This document shows positions 8,626 to 18,606 of a stretch of 64,000 bases of DNA, piece by piece (position 1 is the first letter of the stretch; every line of letters starts with the position of its first letter). The stretch comes from Planctomycetota bacterium (lineage in GTDB: Bacteria > Planctomycetota > UBA1135 > GCA-002748355): assembly GCA_026984035.1 (NCBI GenBank), contig JALSSW010000071.1, forward strand, positions 230 through 64,229. Direction: 5' to 3'. A program made the translations under genes and the position numbers. The notes beneath the pieces are model-generated. The model ran no database searches, was not told the origin of the DNA, and saw only the letters and a list, made by a program, of their open reading frames with translations.

Positions 8626-9963
8626 CTACAAGCTCTCCAAACCCTTCTCTAAAACGAGATCTGCGGGAGCAAGGCTCCTTGCGAGAAGATCCTCGATGAC
8701 ATCAAGATATTGAGCCTCCTCTTTGGGGTAAAAGCCTTTAGATGCCAGCCGACCCAAACCCTCCCGCGCCAGAGAGACCATTCGCGTACAAGCCGCGCCA
8801 ACCGAAAATCCATCGTCAAGCTGTCCTCGAACGCCATTTTTGGAGGATTCCTCATGGAGTCGGTTGATACTGTCATCGCAACGATAGGGATGAAGCTCAA
8901 GAGCCCCCTCACGAGAAGCTTCGTCATAAAGAAGACCGGCCATCAAAGCAGCAAAGGCCGGGACAAAGTGAGGGGGAACGGAATCGGCCGAACGAACTTC
9001 GACTCCATTTCGGATGCGGGCTGCAGGAAAAAGTGTTGTCGCATGGAGTGCAAAATCCTCCAAGGTCAGTTTCTCTCCCGAGGCTAAAGCATCCCGAAAA
9101 CTCACCCTCCCCGGACACTCCACCAACTGCCCATCCCGTTTCACAAACCAGAGGTCTGCTTCCAGTGCAAAATCTATGTAGGCAGCAAGGCAATTCCCAG
9201 TTCGGATAAGCTTCCCGGGAACTGCGCAGCGCCGAGAATCCGTATCCCACCAAACCCGTTCACGAAAACTCGCATATCCAGAGTCCTTGCCTCCCACCCA
9301 GGGGGAATTTGCGAACAATCCCGTCACTAGGGGGGCTGTAATCAGGGCTGCTCGTAAGGTCTCGCCAGCTTCTCGTTCACTCCGATAGTCCACCGTAACC
9401 TGCATTCCTGCAGTAGCCCGCATCATATGCATCCCCAGATTTCCGGCGGATCTCAGCTTTTTATCCATAATCCGATATCGAGGCTTGGATCGAAGCGGGA
9501 TCTCTGTAGGCATGGATATCGGCTGGTGCCCCAAATGGATACAGCGATATGGACTGCCCCGGTGAAGCTCTTCTACCCTTGATACAAATGCGTCCAAGTG
9601 GGAAACCAGCTCGCTCGGGCGCTGGACGGGAGCAAAAGAGATCTCCACTTGCCCTCCGGGCTCGAGGGAGACACTCCCTTTACCTACCTTAATGAGTGAA
9701 AGGACGCCGCTTTCTTCTAAAGGGATGGGAGCGGGGCCACCGGGCTCTTCCAAGAGTGAAACCATTCCCCGCAGAATCGTGTCGGGTCCACCATCCCCCA
9801 AACTTGGAGCTGCACGAAGGGTTTGCCTATCAACACGCAAGCATTCGTATTCGATTCCAAGAAGTCGGGGGCGTTCTTGATGGGCATTTCCCAAAAAGAA
9901 AGACCGAAGTATGGGAAAAAGAGAGTCTTCCTCTCTTGGAAGGATTGCAGGTGTTTCATTCAC
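8626..9963 (-). CDS. gshA: Glutamate--cysteine ligase, plant/alpha-proteobacterial (GCS2) type
   Basis: 445 aa. It can be aligned end to end by eye with plant GSH1: LGIEYECLRV, SVSLEPGGQVEISFAP (plant SISLEPGGQFELSGAP), GLFANSPW, TTLFPAARIRNGVEVRSAD, ALMAGLLYD. Confidence 0.85.
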   Translation of the reverse strand: MNETPAILPREEDSLFPILRSFFLGNAHQERPRLLGIEYECLRVDRQTLRAAPSLGDGGPDTILRGMVSLLEEPGGPAPIPLEESGVLSLIKVGKGSVSLEPGGQVEISFAPVQRPSELVSHLDAFVSRVEELHRGSPYRCIHLGHQPISMPTEIPLRSKPRYRIMDKKLRSAGNLGMHMMRATAGMQVTVDYRSEREAGETLRAALITAPLVTGLFANSPWVGGKDSGYASFRERVWWDTDSRRCAVPGKLIRTGNCLAAYIDFALEADLWFVKRDGQLVECPGRVSFRDALASGEKLTLEDFALHATTLFPAARIRNGVEVRSADSVPPHFVPAFAALMAGLLYDEASREGALELHPYRCDDSINRLHEESSKNGVRGQLDDGFSVGAACTRMVSLAREGLGRLASKGFYPKEEAQYLDVIEDLLARSLAPADLVLEKGLESL

Positions 9964-10177
9964 GATGAGGGACTCTCAACCAAACAATTTTTTGAGCCAA
10001 GGAGTATAGCAAAGCGAAAGCGCAACCACGAAAAACCATACGGAAAGTTCCATTCACATTCGGGGCTTGGCATTCTCAGGCACTTTGTTCACAATAATCC
10101 CAGTAAACCTTAATGAGTTTAAGCAAAGTATTTGAACCAAGTTTCCAGGCCAAGTCTCTAAGCCTTTTTTAAGCCTA

Positions 10178-10756
10178 ATGACCTCATCGCCTCAACGAGA
10201 TTATTCTGCCTATGTAGCGGAACATGGACGGAGCGGAAAACCCGGCCGTCCTCTTGGTTTGGAAGCCTATCTCCTTCTCCGCGAGAAGCTCGATGAGCTC
10301 ACCCTTCTCGAGATCCAAGAAGGTATGCTGCAGGGCATGGACAAGGAATCCTTGGACACGCTGACAACCTTGACAGAAGACTTACTCACCGAAGCACCCC
10401 AATGCTCTCCTGCTCCCAATGGGGCGGAGATTCTTTCCATCCTCTTGAGAAGAGAGGAGATGGAAATCAGAGAAGCAACTGAACTCTGTGAGCGAGTCGA
10501 AGAGTGCTTGCACGAAGACGATGCCTCGACTGAGCCGCTTTTGGAAGATCTCTTAAAGGATCTGTTCGGCATATCTCCCAACGCTCCCGAAGCGGTCTCC
10601 CAAGAGTTTTGGGAGGATGAGGAATGTCTTCCCTATGAGACAACCCTCTCCAAAAGCAGGGCTCACAACCCCCCTCTTTACCCTAAGGGCAAAGTCCCCG
10701 ATTCAAGGATGCGAAGGGAACTTTGGCGACTGAAAAGGCGCAGGGAGCAGGGTTGA
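10178..10756 (+). CDS. Hypothetical acidic protein (E/D/L-rich) with basic C-terminal tail
   Basis: 192-aa ORF with no competing ORF of similar length. No recognisable motif. Coding status rests on ORF length and position only. Confidence 0.4.
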   Translation: MTSSPQRDYSAYVAEHGRSGKPGRPLGLEAYLLLREKLDELTLLEIQEGMLQGMDKESLDTLTTLTEDLLTEAPQCSPAPNGAEILSILLRREEMEIREATELCERVEECLHEDDASTEPLLEDLLKDLFGISPNAPEAVSQEFWEDEECLPYETTLSKSRAHNPPLYPKGKVPDSRMRRELWRLKRRREQG

Positions 10757-10768
10757 ACCGAGAAGTGC

Positions 10769-11986
10769 CTACCTCCGGGTGGCACGCCAAATCCCCGAAG
10801 TTACGGGGCGTTCGTGGCAACCGCTCTCATCCACAGCACGGTTTTGATCCGAACTCCCCTTTAACCCCATCTCGGAAAGCACCCAAGAAAGGATTCTTTT
10901 CGCATCACCCAGCATCTCCTTGGTGATGATCATCGGATTGGTCAACATTCGAGCCGGACGAAGGATGCGATTGCAACCCAACAAAATCCCGATGATGGGC
11001 TCATCGAAGGCATTATCCCCAAGTAGATCTTCGGCTAGTTTCATGAGATCCCAGCGATCCGGGGATTCGACAAGATTGAGCTTCTTCCGGTTCCTCAGAC
11101 CATAATCCACGAGAATACCTTCCAAAATGGCGCCGAAATGCACAAGGGTCATTCGAAAATCAGAAAGCAAAGTAGCTCTCTCAAGACTAGCGATCTCCAA
11201 CTTAATGAGGGCCCGCATTCGGTGGTCCTTGATCATCGATGGATCCAGAACACCATCCAAAGGATTTTGGGGCAGAGATTCTTTTTGGCCCACTTGAGAG
11301 GGATGGTCTTCTTGACGCCGACCGCCCACAACCCCACCAGTTAAACCCGTCGACTGCATTCTTCGATCCTCCTGGACCCCATCCCCTTTAATAGGATTGA
11401 GCTCATCAGCTCCCAGGGAGCCTGTAAACATCCCAAGGTCTCGCGACTCAAAGGAATTGATTTTTTCCGTTTTTTCCTTCAGCCCTGGAACATAACTAAG
11501 AAGGGAGCGGACACTCGGCGACTGGTGGGCAAGGGGGCGGGGGTCCAAAATAGGCTGAAGAGGCCGGGTCATTAAAGATTTTGCAAGAGTAATGATTCCT
11601 GCTTGCATCTCTTTCATGAATTTCACATGGGAAGGAGGTTGGTTGGGTTGAGCGATTTCTTTATCAATGTCGGGAAGAAAATGAACTAAGCACGAAGCAA
11701 GCAAATTTTCATCCTCTTCTCCAAGATCCATGGGAAAAGTCCTCGCTCCCAGCTCGGCGAGATTGGAGAAATAACGATGAAGCCGCCGCACCTGGCCGAA
11801 TTGACGGGCTAAACCGACAGGCTCTTCGTGCTTTCCCTCCTGAACCCCGGAATAATACAGCTGAAGGTCTTCCTTGGCCTTAATGACAGCATCCCGCAGA
11901 AGTTTCAGGGTTCTTTTGTCTATGATTCGTTCCGACATGATTCCATTTAAACCTTTCGACACAGGAAAATCCTCCCTTGACTTCAA
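10769..11986 (-). CDS. Hypothetical protein
   Basis: 405-aa ORF. An alternative start is MSERIID at 11938. It is helical-looking at the N- and C-termini, with a Gly/Pro/Gln-rich linker. No motif recognised. Confidence 0.5.
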   Translation of the reverse strand: MKSREDFPVSKGLNGIMSERIIDKRTLKLLRDAVIKAKEDLQLYYSGVQEGKHEEPVGLARQFGQVRRLHRYFSNLAELGARTFPMDLGEEDENLLASCLVHFLPDIDKEIAQPNQPPSHVKFMKEMQAGIITLAKSLMTRPLQPILDPRPLAHQSPSVRSLLSYVPGLKEKTEKINSFESRDLGMFTGSLGADELNPIKGDGVQEDRRMQSTGLTGGVVGGRRQEDHPSQVGQKESLPQNPLDGVLDPSMIKDHRMRALIKLEIASLERATLLSDFRMTLVHFGAILEGILVDYGLRNRKKLNLVESPDRWDLMKLAEDLLGDNAFDEPIIGILLGCNRILRPARMLTNPMIITKEMLGDAKRILSWVLSEMGLKGSSDQNRAVDESGCHERPVTSGIWRATRR

Positions 11987-12031
11987 TGTGCAAGTGTGGG
12001 CAAAGGGTCCAAAGCAGCGGGCTTTTCGGGC

Positions 12032-13456
12032 ATGAGTCTTAACTTCGAACAGAAGGTCATAAAGATTCTGGGTCAGGACCGGGCCTTCTGGGATCCAGCG
12101 ACAAAGCTATGTTATTCGCTGGACGGGTACCCAGTGCAAAAGCATACCCCACGCGCAGTTGCTATGCCGGAGACAAACAAAGAAGTCCAAGCCTTGGTTC
12201 GCCTCTGCCTCGAAGAAGGAGTCCCCATCCTCCCACGGGGAGCAGGAACCTGCTTGAGTGGAGGGGCCACTCCTCCGAAAACGCCATGTCTTTTGATCGA
12301 AATGGCTCGCATGCAAAAGATTCTCTCCTGGTCTCCGGAAGATCGGACGGCCATTGTTCAATCCGGAATGGTCAACTTGGATCTCAGCGTCATCGTGGGA
12401 AAAAAGGGGCTCTATTACGCCCCCGACCCGAGTAGCCAAAAGGCCAGTACCATCGGCGGCAATCTCGCCGAGAACGCGGGGGGTCCACATTGTTTCAAAT
12501 ACGGGATGACCGCAGATCACATCCTCGGGGTTCGATTTGTAGATGGCCGAGGAGAAATGGTTGTCGCGGACTTAGAGGATGGTCCCGATCTGGTTGGACT
12601 GTTTACTGGTTCAGAGGGAACCTTCGGTGTTGCGACCGAGGTCAAGGTCAGACTGAGTAAATCTCCGGAGATGGTGCGAACCTTTCTTGCATCCTTTTCT
12701 TCGATGGAAGCAGCTTGCGGAACGGTTTCCCGAATTGTTCGCGAAGGGATTGTTCCAGCAGCCTTGGAAATCCTGGACCACCTGACGATTGAGGCGGTGG
12801 AAGCCAGTGTTTTTGCGGCGGGCTATCCCAAAGATGCCGAGGCGGTTCTCCTCATCGAGTTGGATGGACCCAGGGATGAGGTAGAAGCTGACAGCCCAAA
12901 GGTAGTAAAGATTCTCAAAGAAGAGCATCCTCTCGCTGTCGAATCGACCACCGATGCTGAACAAAGGCAAAGCCTTTGGAAGGGACGCAAGGGGGCTTTT
13001 GGAGCCATGGGAAGACTCAAACCCAACATCTTCGTTCTCGATGGGGTTGTCCCCACTTCAAAGCTGGCCTCAGTCCTTTCCAAGGTTGCGGAGATTGGCA
13101 AAAAATACAACATCGTTCTCTCCAATGTCTTTCATGCAGGGGACGGCAACCTCCACCCTAATCTTAGTTTTGATGGCCGTGACCCCTCCGAGACAAGGAG
13201 AGCCATGGAGGCTGGTTTAGAAATCCTCGAACTCTGCGTGATGTCAGGAGGTTCCATTTCGGGAGAGCATGGCATCGGTTATGAAAAACGGGAGGCCATG
13301 CGATACATGTTTGATGAAGCGGACCTTTCCGCCTTTCGAGAGTTACGCCGTTGTTTTGATCCAAGAGGTGTCTGTAACCCAGGAAAGTTCTTCCCCACAG
13401 GGGGAGGCTGTAAAGAGGGGCGGAGCGCAAAAAGCAGCGAGGGGCTGGATGTTTGA
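12032..13456 (+). CDS. glcD: Glycolate oxidase / FAD-linked oxidase subunit GlcD
   Basis: ORF 11996..13456 (GTG). The ATG at 12032 (MSLNFEQK) is preferred. It has FAD_binding_4-type strings (VPILPRGAGTCLSGGA, IGGNLAENAGG) and the C-terminal GGSISGEHGIG. It is followed by glcE and glcF. Confidence 0.85.
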   Translation: MSLNFEQKVIKILGQDRAFWDPATKLCYSLDGYPVQKHTPRAVAMPETNKEVQALVRLCLEEGVPILPRGAGTCLSGGATPPKTPCLLIEMARMQKILSWSPEDRTAIVQSGMVNLDLSVIVGKKGLYYAPDPSSQKASTIGGNLAENAGGPHCFKYGMTADHILGVRFVDGRGEMVVADLEDGPDLVGLFTGSEGTFGVATEVKVRLSKSPEMVRTFLASFSSMEAACGTVSRIVREGIVPAALEILDHLTIEAVEASVFAAGYPKDAEAVLLIELDGPRDEVEADSPKVVKILKEEHPLAVESTTDAEQRQSLWKGRKGAFGAMGRLKPNIFVLDGVVPTSKLASVLSKVAEIGKKYNIVLSNVFHAGDGNLHPNLSFDGRDPSETRRAMEAGLEILELCVMSGGSISGEHGIGYEKREAMRYMFDEADLSAFRELRRCFDPRGVCNPGKFFPTGGGCKEGRSAKSSEGLDV

Positions 13457-14555
13457 ACACAGGCCACAGACAGACAAGGAAGTCGTGGAGCTCCTCTCCG
13501 GAATTCATGAGCAAGGAATCCTTCTTCGATGCGGTGGTCATGCCAGCTCGCGGGGGGTGAGTCCGGGAAAGACTCAGGCCATCCTGAATCTTTCCGATAT
13601 GAACAAAATCACAAGGCTCGACCCAAACGACCTCACCTGCGGGGTCCAGGCGGGAGTCCTGCTTGAGGATTTGGAAGAAGCCTTGGCCCCACACGGTTTA
13701 GCCTTTGAGTCCGGCCCCTTCTTGGGTCATCGGAGCATCGGAGGAATCCTAGGAGAGGCCCCTCCAGCTTCCCGCTCCTTCGACCGGGGGAGATTGCGCT
13801 CTCAGCTGATCGGAATCCTTGGGGTGGATGGGAGAGGGCGCCGTTTCCATGCGGGGGGGCAAGTGGTCAAGAACGTAGCAGGTTACGACCTCTGCAAGCT
13901 CTTTGTCGGAAGCGGTGGCGCTTACTTTGTGGGACTCGAATTCCAGCTTCGACTCGTGGCTCTTCCTGCTCGAATAGGACTCCTCCAATCCGAACCCCTG
14001 GGCCTCGACGATGGCATCATCCAATGGCGAGAACTCAGGAATACCCTTCCCACACCTCGAGCACTCGACTTAGTCTTGGAAGGATCCCACTGCCATATCG
14101 AAGTCCTCCTGGGGGGGAGTGCGGCCTACGTCGAAAGCCAAATCCGCCACACAGGTTTTAAGGTTAAGCTCGAGGGGATGGATGCCTGGAAGGGCGTCAG
14201 GGGGAGGGAAGCAATTGCGAACAAAGAGTCCTCTCCCCCCAACCTGTTTCGGGGCCACTGCCCCCCTTCCCAACTTTCAGATTGGATAGGACAGACTCCC
14301 ATACATGGGCGAATCCACTACCAGGGGGCCTTTGAATGGGACCGGCTCCCCGGAGGAGAGCGTCCGATGGGAGCCATTGTTCACCCAACTCAAAGAGAAG
14401 GAGAGCAAGTCCAGGGCAATCCTCCCTCCGATCCGGGGGCCTGCCGCATTGCCATGGAACTCAAGCGGACCTTCGCTGGAGGGCTCATGCCCCAGAGGCT
14501 CTCGTTTTTAACCAGGATCTCAAGAAAAGGGGCTCCCCAGGAGATCCACCCATGA
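13449..14555 (+). CDS. glcE: Glycolate oxidase FAD-binding subunit GlcE
   Basis: ORF 13269..14555. The start MFEHRPQT at 13449 overlaps the glcD stop by 8 nt. VVKNVAGYDLCKLFVGSGG is the typical GlcE string. The gene sits between glcD and glcF. Confidence 0.7.
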   Translation: MFEHRPQTDKEVVELLSGIHEQGILLRCGGHASSRGVSPGKTQAILNLSDMNKITRLDPNDLTCGVQAGVLLEDLEEALAPHGLAFESGPFLGHRSIGGILGEAPPASRSFDRGRLRSQLIGILGVDGRGRRFHAGGQVVKNVAGYDLCKLFVGSGGAYFVGLEFQLRLVALPARIGLLQSEPLGLDDGIIQWRELRNTLPTPRALDLVLEGSHCHIEVLLGGSAAYVESQIRHTGFKVKLEGMDAWKGVRGREAIANKESSPPNLFRGHCPPSQLSDWIGQTPIHGRIHYQGAFEWDRLPGGERPMGAIVHPTQREGEQVQGNPPSDPGACRIAMELKRTFAGGLMPQRLSFLTRISRKGAPQEIHP

Positions 14556-15793
14556 ACCTGGAACAGTCCAACCCGGCATACAAGCACAGCCTGGACTGCG
14601 TTCATTGTGGTCTGTGCCTCCCGGCCTGCCCCACCTATCAGACTCTTGCGCAAGAAAAGGACTCCCCCCGCGGGCGCATCCTCCTCATGCGCGCCGAGGC
14701 CGAAGGGGAAATTGCTCTCTCCGAACCTTCCCTCGGCGATGCCCTGGACAACTGCCTCGATTGCCGAGCCTGTGAAAGCGCCTGCCCTTCGGGAGTCCAA
14801 TATGGCAAGATCCTCGAAGCATACCGAGAGAAGCTGGCCAGGCTCCCTTCCCGCAACCGCAGGGCGCGCTTCCTTGGGAGCCTCCTCGACAACCTCATCG
14901 CAAGCAAATCATTGCACCGCCTTTCTATGTCCTCCCTGCGGATGGCACAGGCTCTGGGCCTGCAAAAACTCGCCACCGTCCTCCCCTTTCCCCGCTGGAT
15001 GAAAGAAGGCCTGGCTCTTCTTCCCAGGATTCCCAAAGGAAGTGAGCGCTGCCCCATTGCTCCCGGAATCTATGAGCCAACTGGGCCTAAGCGTGCCGAA
15101 ATCGCTCTGTTCACAGGCTGCATGATGGAAACCCTTTTCGGAAGAGTCAATCGTGCCGCTCTCAGAGTGCTGCAGGCGGCAGGCTGTAGAGTACACGTCC
15201 CTCCTAACCAAGGTTGCTGCGGCGCTCTTCACCTCCATGCAGGACTCCAAGACCGCGCTCGTCCTCTTGTCGAACGCAACCTGCGCGCATTCCCCAAAGA
15301 CCTGGACGCAATCATCGTGACTTCCGCCGGCTGCGGATCCGCAATGAAGGAGTACCCAAGCTGGATGGGGCAAGCCTCGGAATTCTCCACCAAAGTCCAA
15401 GACTTCACCGAGTTTCTCGCCAATCTCGGCCTGGGCTTCACTCCCCGCTCTGTTCCCATGCAAGCGACCTGGGACGACCCCTGCCATCTTTGCCACGGAC
15501 AAGGGATCCGCAAAGAACCTCGCCGACTTCTTGCCCAAATCCCCCAACTTAAGCTAATTCCCCTTGAACATCCCGAGGACTGCTGTGGAAGCGCGGGGAT
15601 CTACAACCTCCAAAAACCGGCTCTCGCCCACAGCATCCTGGATCGTAAGGTCAAAGACATTCAAAAGACCGGCGTGCGCATTCTGATCACAGCCAACCCC
15701 GGATGCCATCTCTGGATGGAGAGCGGCTTAGCTAAGCTGGACGAAGACTACCAAGTCCTCCATATCGCCGAGGTTCTCGCAAAAGCCCTTTAG
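14552..15793 (+). CDS. glcF: Glycolate oxidase iron-sulfur subunit GlcF
   Basis: ORF 14336..15793. The start MNLEQSN at 14552 forms an ATGA overlap with the glcE stop. Two 4Fe-4S motifs (CVHCGLCLPACP, CLDCRACESACP) and two CCG-type Cys-rich domains (FTGCMM, CCG..H; DPCHLCH, CCGSAG). Confidence 0.85.
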   Translation: MNLEQSNPAYKHSLDCVHCGLCLPACPTYQTLAQEKDSPRGRILLMRAEAEGEIALSEPSLGDALDNCLDCRACESACPSGVQYGKILEAYREKLARLPSRNRRARFLGSLLDNLIASKSLHRLSMSSLRMAQALGLQKLATVLPFPRWMKEGLALLPRIPKGSERCPIAPGIYEPTGPKRAEIALFTGCMMETLFGRVNRAALRVLQAAGCRVHVPPNQGCCGALHLHAGLQDRARPLVERNLRAFPKDLDAIIVTSAGCGSAMKEYPSWMGQASEFSTKVQDFTEFLANLGLGFTPRSVPMQATWDDPCHLCHGQGIRKEPRRLLAQIPQLKLIPLEHPEDCCGSAGIYNLQKPALAHSILDRKVKDIQKTGVRILITANPGCHLWMESGLAKLDEDYQVLHIAEVLAKAL

Positions 15794-15800
15794 GCTCTCT

Positions 15801-16850
15801 CTATCCGATTCGCATCTGGATGCCATTGGAAAAACTAAAGGGAAAGGTGCGGCCGCTCACATTGTCATTGACCATCCATTGTCCATAAAGGCTAAGACCT
15901 CGGAGAGAAACAATAGGAGGGACTTGTACTTTGAGAGTTGCAGAACCGGACCCAGGAGCTCCTCCCACGGTCGTAGCGGGCACAAAGAAAAGAGGTCCGG
16001 TCAAAAGCGAGCAGCCCTTTGCGCCCAAAACCGTGAGGTCTATGGGGAGGGTAAAGGAATTCCACTTTTTGTTGCTGGCCCCCAGGAGGAACACCGCTGG
16101 TGCCTGTGGTCGCGCATTGGAAAGATCGATCTGGATCACATTGCCAAGCACCGGAGCACCTCGGACCGAAGCCTTGGGAACCACATTTCCGTTTCCGACA
16201 CAACCCTTCCCATAGGGGACCACTGCCCCACCCAGGAAATCGAAGCGCGTTACCAAGCCCGAACCTGCCTGTCGAAAGCGGGAAAAGGTCGAAGAAGCCC
16301 CGGTTGCATAGAGGCGCTCAGTCGGCCCACCGGTAACGGAATCAAAGAAGTAAAGAAAGGGGCGATTGTTGTTCCCATTTTTGTAGATTCGGACATCCAT
16401 CATGATGTCGCTCTTTCCATCCCAGGTGTAATTCACCTTGAAGGGTATTGGCAAAACCCAGCTCAGAGTCCCGGAGGTAGGCAAGGTGATGGTTGTCTTG
16501 GGGACAACAAGGACCTTATTGATCAAGTTGGAATCAAAGGCTGAGGTCACAAGGGCCGGAGCCTTCGCCAAGGTGATCTCAAGAGTCACGGATTTCCCGG
16601 AGAAGCCCTGAGTCTTGGATCTGAAATTGAGTCCAACGATTCGGACGGCTCCCCCTTTGATGATTTTTTTGAGATCCGATGCAAGATATTTCTGCTGGTA
16701 ACGCATGGGGGAGCCCGCAAAGGGTAGGGAATTCTGGCTGTTTCCCTTGGTCTTCGCTGTGGAGGGAAAAATCGCTTGGCTTTGCGCCAAGAGAGGCATC
16801 GATAGTCCCAGGAGGAAGATCGGAATAAGGGTTTGTCCAGCAATTTTCAT
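15801..16850 (-). CDS. Secreted hypothetical protein with C-terminal Cys-Gly beta-sandwich-like module
   Basis: ORF 15801..16907. Likely start is MKIAGQTLIPIFLLGLSMPLLAQS (signal peptide) at 16850. The C-terminal module is YGKGCVGNG...LGAKGCSLL...YGQWMV. Confidence 0.5.
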   Translation of the reverse strand: MKIAGQTLIPIFLLGLSMPLLAQSQAIFPSTAKTKGNSQNSLPFAGSPMRYQQKYLASDLKKIIKGGAVRIVGLNFRSKTQGFSGKSVTLEITLAKAPALVTSAFDSNLINKVLVVPKTTITLPTSGTLSWVLPIPFKVNYTWDGKSDIMMDVRIYKNGNNNRPFLYFFDSVTGGPTERLYATGASSTFSRFRQAGSGLVTRFDFLGGAVVPYGKGCVGNGNVVPKASVRGAPVLGNVIQIDLSNARPQAPAVFLLGASNKKWNSFTLPIDLTVLGAKGCSLLTGPLFFVPATTVGGAPGSGSATLKVQVPPIVSLRGLSLYGQWMVNDNVSGRTFPFSFSNGIQMRIG

Positions 16851-17070
16851 CAGTGCTCCAACTTCGACCGTGTCGAAAAAGGGATTTGGGCGATAACGGA
16901 AACTCACTCCAATTTACTCGAATTCTCTCAGGCCCGCAGGCTCCCTCCCGAATCGATGGAGTTTGACTCGCACCGGGCTTCCGTCCATGTCTCTGAAAGA
17001 CTTCCGGACGGATTCCCAAACTCCGAGGATTTATCCTGCATAGTCCGATGGATCCGCAAAGGTAACGGCT

Positions 17071-18606
17071 TCAGCGAGACAAAAGGATTTCAATACTCCG
17101 GGTGGATTGCCCTGAAATCCCGCTGCCCCCCCCAAAAATCAACCATCCACATCCCATACCCTCGAAACCCAGTGCTCCCGCCCGGTCCAGATTCAGATTG
17201 GGAAGGGCTGTCCACTTTCCGGTTTTGGGGTCAAAGACTTCGCTTAGCTTGATGGGCTTTGGATTGAGGAGACTTCCCTGAGCCCCCCCCAAGTTGACGA
17301 AGCGGCCCAAACGGTCCACAAAAGAAGTTGCAAGGCCACGGGCAGACTTCATCGGGGCAATTGCGGTCCATGTTCCCTTTATGACATCATAGACTTCCGC
17401 CTTGTTGGTAGGCGCCCCACCGCTTGTGATGGAACCCGAAGACCCGCCTGCCACATAGATTTTTGATCCAATGGTGGCAGCTTGAAAAATCGCCCGTGCA
17501 GTCAGCATGGAAGCTGTCGAGGAGAATTTGTTCGTCTTTGGATCATAAATCTCACAGCTCTTGGTAATGTAAGGAATGCGGACAAAGAACAAGGTGCTCC
17601 ATGAGAGTCCACCCACGATGAGAACCTTCCCGCTGGGAAGCAGGAAGGATTGGTGCCCCGCTCGGGGGATCTTCATGTTCGGTCCTCGGGTCCATTTCCC
17701 TGTCTTGGGATCGTAGATCTCACTCTCCTTGAGGGCCGAGCCCAGAGCTTTAAGTTGGTTATTGAGATCCGAGAGCCCCCCAGTCATGAGAACCCTTCCA
17801 TCCTTAAGACGCGTAGCTGCTTGCCCCATCCTTTTAAAAGCCATCGCTCCAGTCCGCACAAAGATCTTTTTTACGGGATCGTACAATTCGCAGGCCTTTT
17901 GCGGATCATTTTGAATATCCACTCCCCCAGCCAAAAGGCTACGACCGTCCAAGAGGAGGGTGTTGGTCCCAAGAGCGCGGACATCGTTCATAGAAGGGCC
18001 TGGTTTGAACCGGCGATCCAGCTCATCGAAAACCTCCGTAGACCGAGTCGCCACCAAAGAGAGGAACCCCCCGTTCCCACCTCCTACGACCAAACTCAAA
18101 CCGCCCCCCATGGAGATCCGCTCTGCGTAGGACCTCTGCTTCCCCATGATTTGGCTCGGCTGACGAAAGGCTCCCACCTTTTCAAACATGGCTGCCGAAA
18201 CATTGGAGATGGCGCCGAAAAAGCTCGGTTTTCCGGGGAAGGTAAAAGCCTGTTGGAGGACACCCTTTCCTAGAAGGCTGGAATCATTTGGAACGGGAAG
18301 AACCCATTTAGCGGCCCCGGTGGGTCCGAGAAGCCCTTGGAACCAAAGCTGAGGCAGCTCCAGCCCAAGGCCCAGAGAACGGGTTTCGAGAGGATCGATC
18401 AACTTGAGCGGAATCGTCGTCCGCTGCATCGAAGTTAGGAGAAAATAAGGCCGAAGACCGGGACCATCCCTCAACTCCACAGTCAATGTTTTTCCAAGCC
18501 CACCACCACAATGGGTGACCCTCATGGGCTTTTGAGAAACGAGGGGAATCGCGAGGAGGAAAACACAAGAAAGGGGAACAAGACGAAGATTCATGAAAAC
18601 TCCCAT
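17071..18606 (-). CDS. Secreted Kelch-repeat beta-propeller protein
   Basis: Signal peptide MNLRLVPLSCVFLLAIPLVSQ, with start at 18606 or 18594. Repeated Kelch-like units (LVVGGGNGG, LLAGGVD..ELYDP, LMTGGLS..EIYDPKTGKW, LIVGGLS..EIYDPKTNKF, IYVAGGS..EVYDVIKGTW, LGGAQG..EVFDPKTGKW). Confidence 0.75.
   Translation of the reverse strand: MGVFMNLRLVPLSCVFLLAIPLVSQKPMRVTHCGGGLGKTLTVELRDGPGLRPYFLLTSMQRTTIPLKLIDPLETRSLGLGLELPQLWFQGLLGPTGAAKWVLPVPNDSSLLGKGVLQQAFTFPGKPSFFGAISNVSAAMFEKVGAFRQPSQIMGKQRSYAERISMGGGLSLVVGGGNGGFLSLVATRSTEVFDELDRRFKPGPSMNDVRALGTNTLLLDGRSLLAGGVDIQNDPQKACELYDPVKKIFVRTGAMAFKRMGQAATRLKDGRVLMTGGLSDLNNQLKALGSALKESEIYDPKTGKWTRGPNMKIPRAGHQSFLLPSGKVLIVGGLSWSTLFFVRIPYITKSCEIYDPKTNKFSSTASMLTARAIFQAATIGSKIYVAGGSSGSITSGGAPTNKAEVYDVIKGTWTAIAPMKSARGLATSFVDRLGRFVNLGGAQGSLLNPKPIKLSEVFDPKTGKWTALPNLNLDRAGALGFEGMGCGWLIFGGGSGISGQSTRSIEILLSR

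Noticed and set aside
16980-17012. Hairpin TCCGTCC...GGACGGA, with an inner GTCT/AGAC stem, downstream of the Kelch gene. A second hairpin, GGCTTTcggaAAAGCC, lies at 38991..39006.
   Set aside because: Neither is followed by a U-tract on the relevant strand, so they cannot be called intrinsic terminators. They are too small to assign as an RNA element without covariation data.
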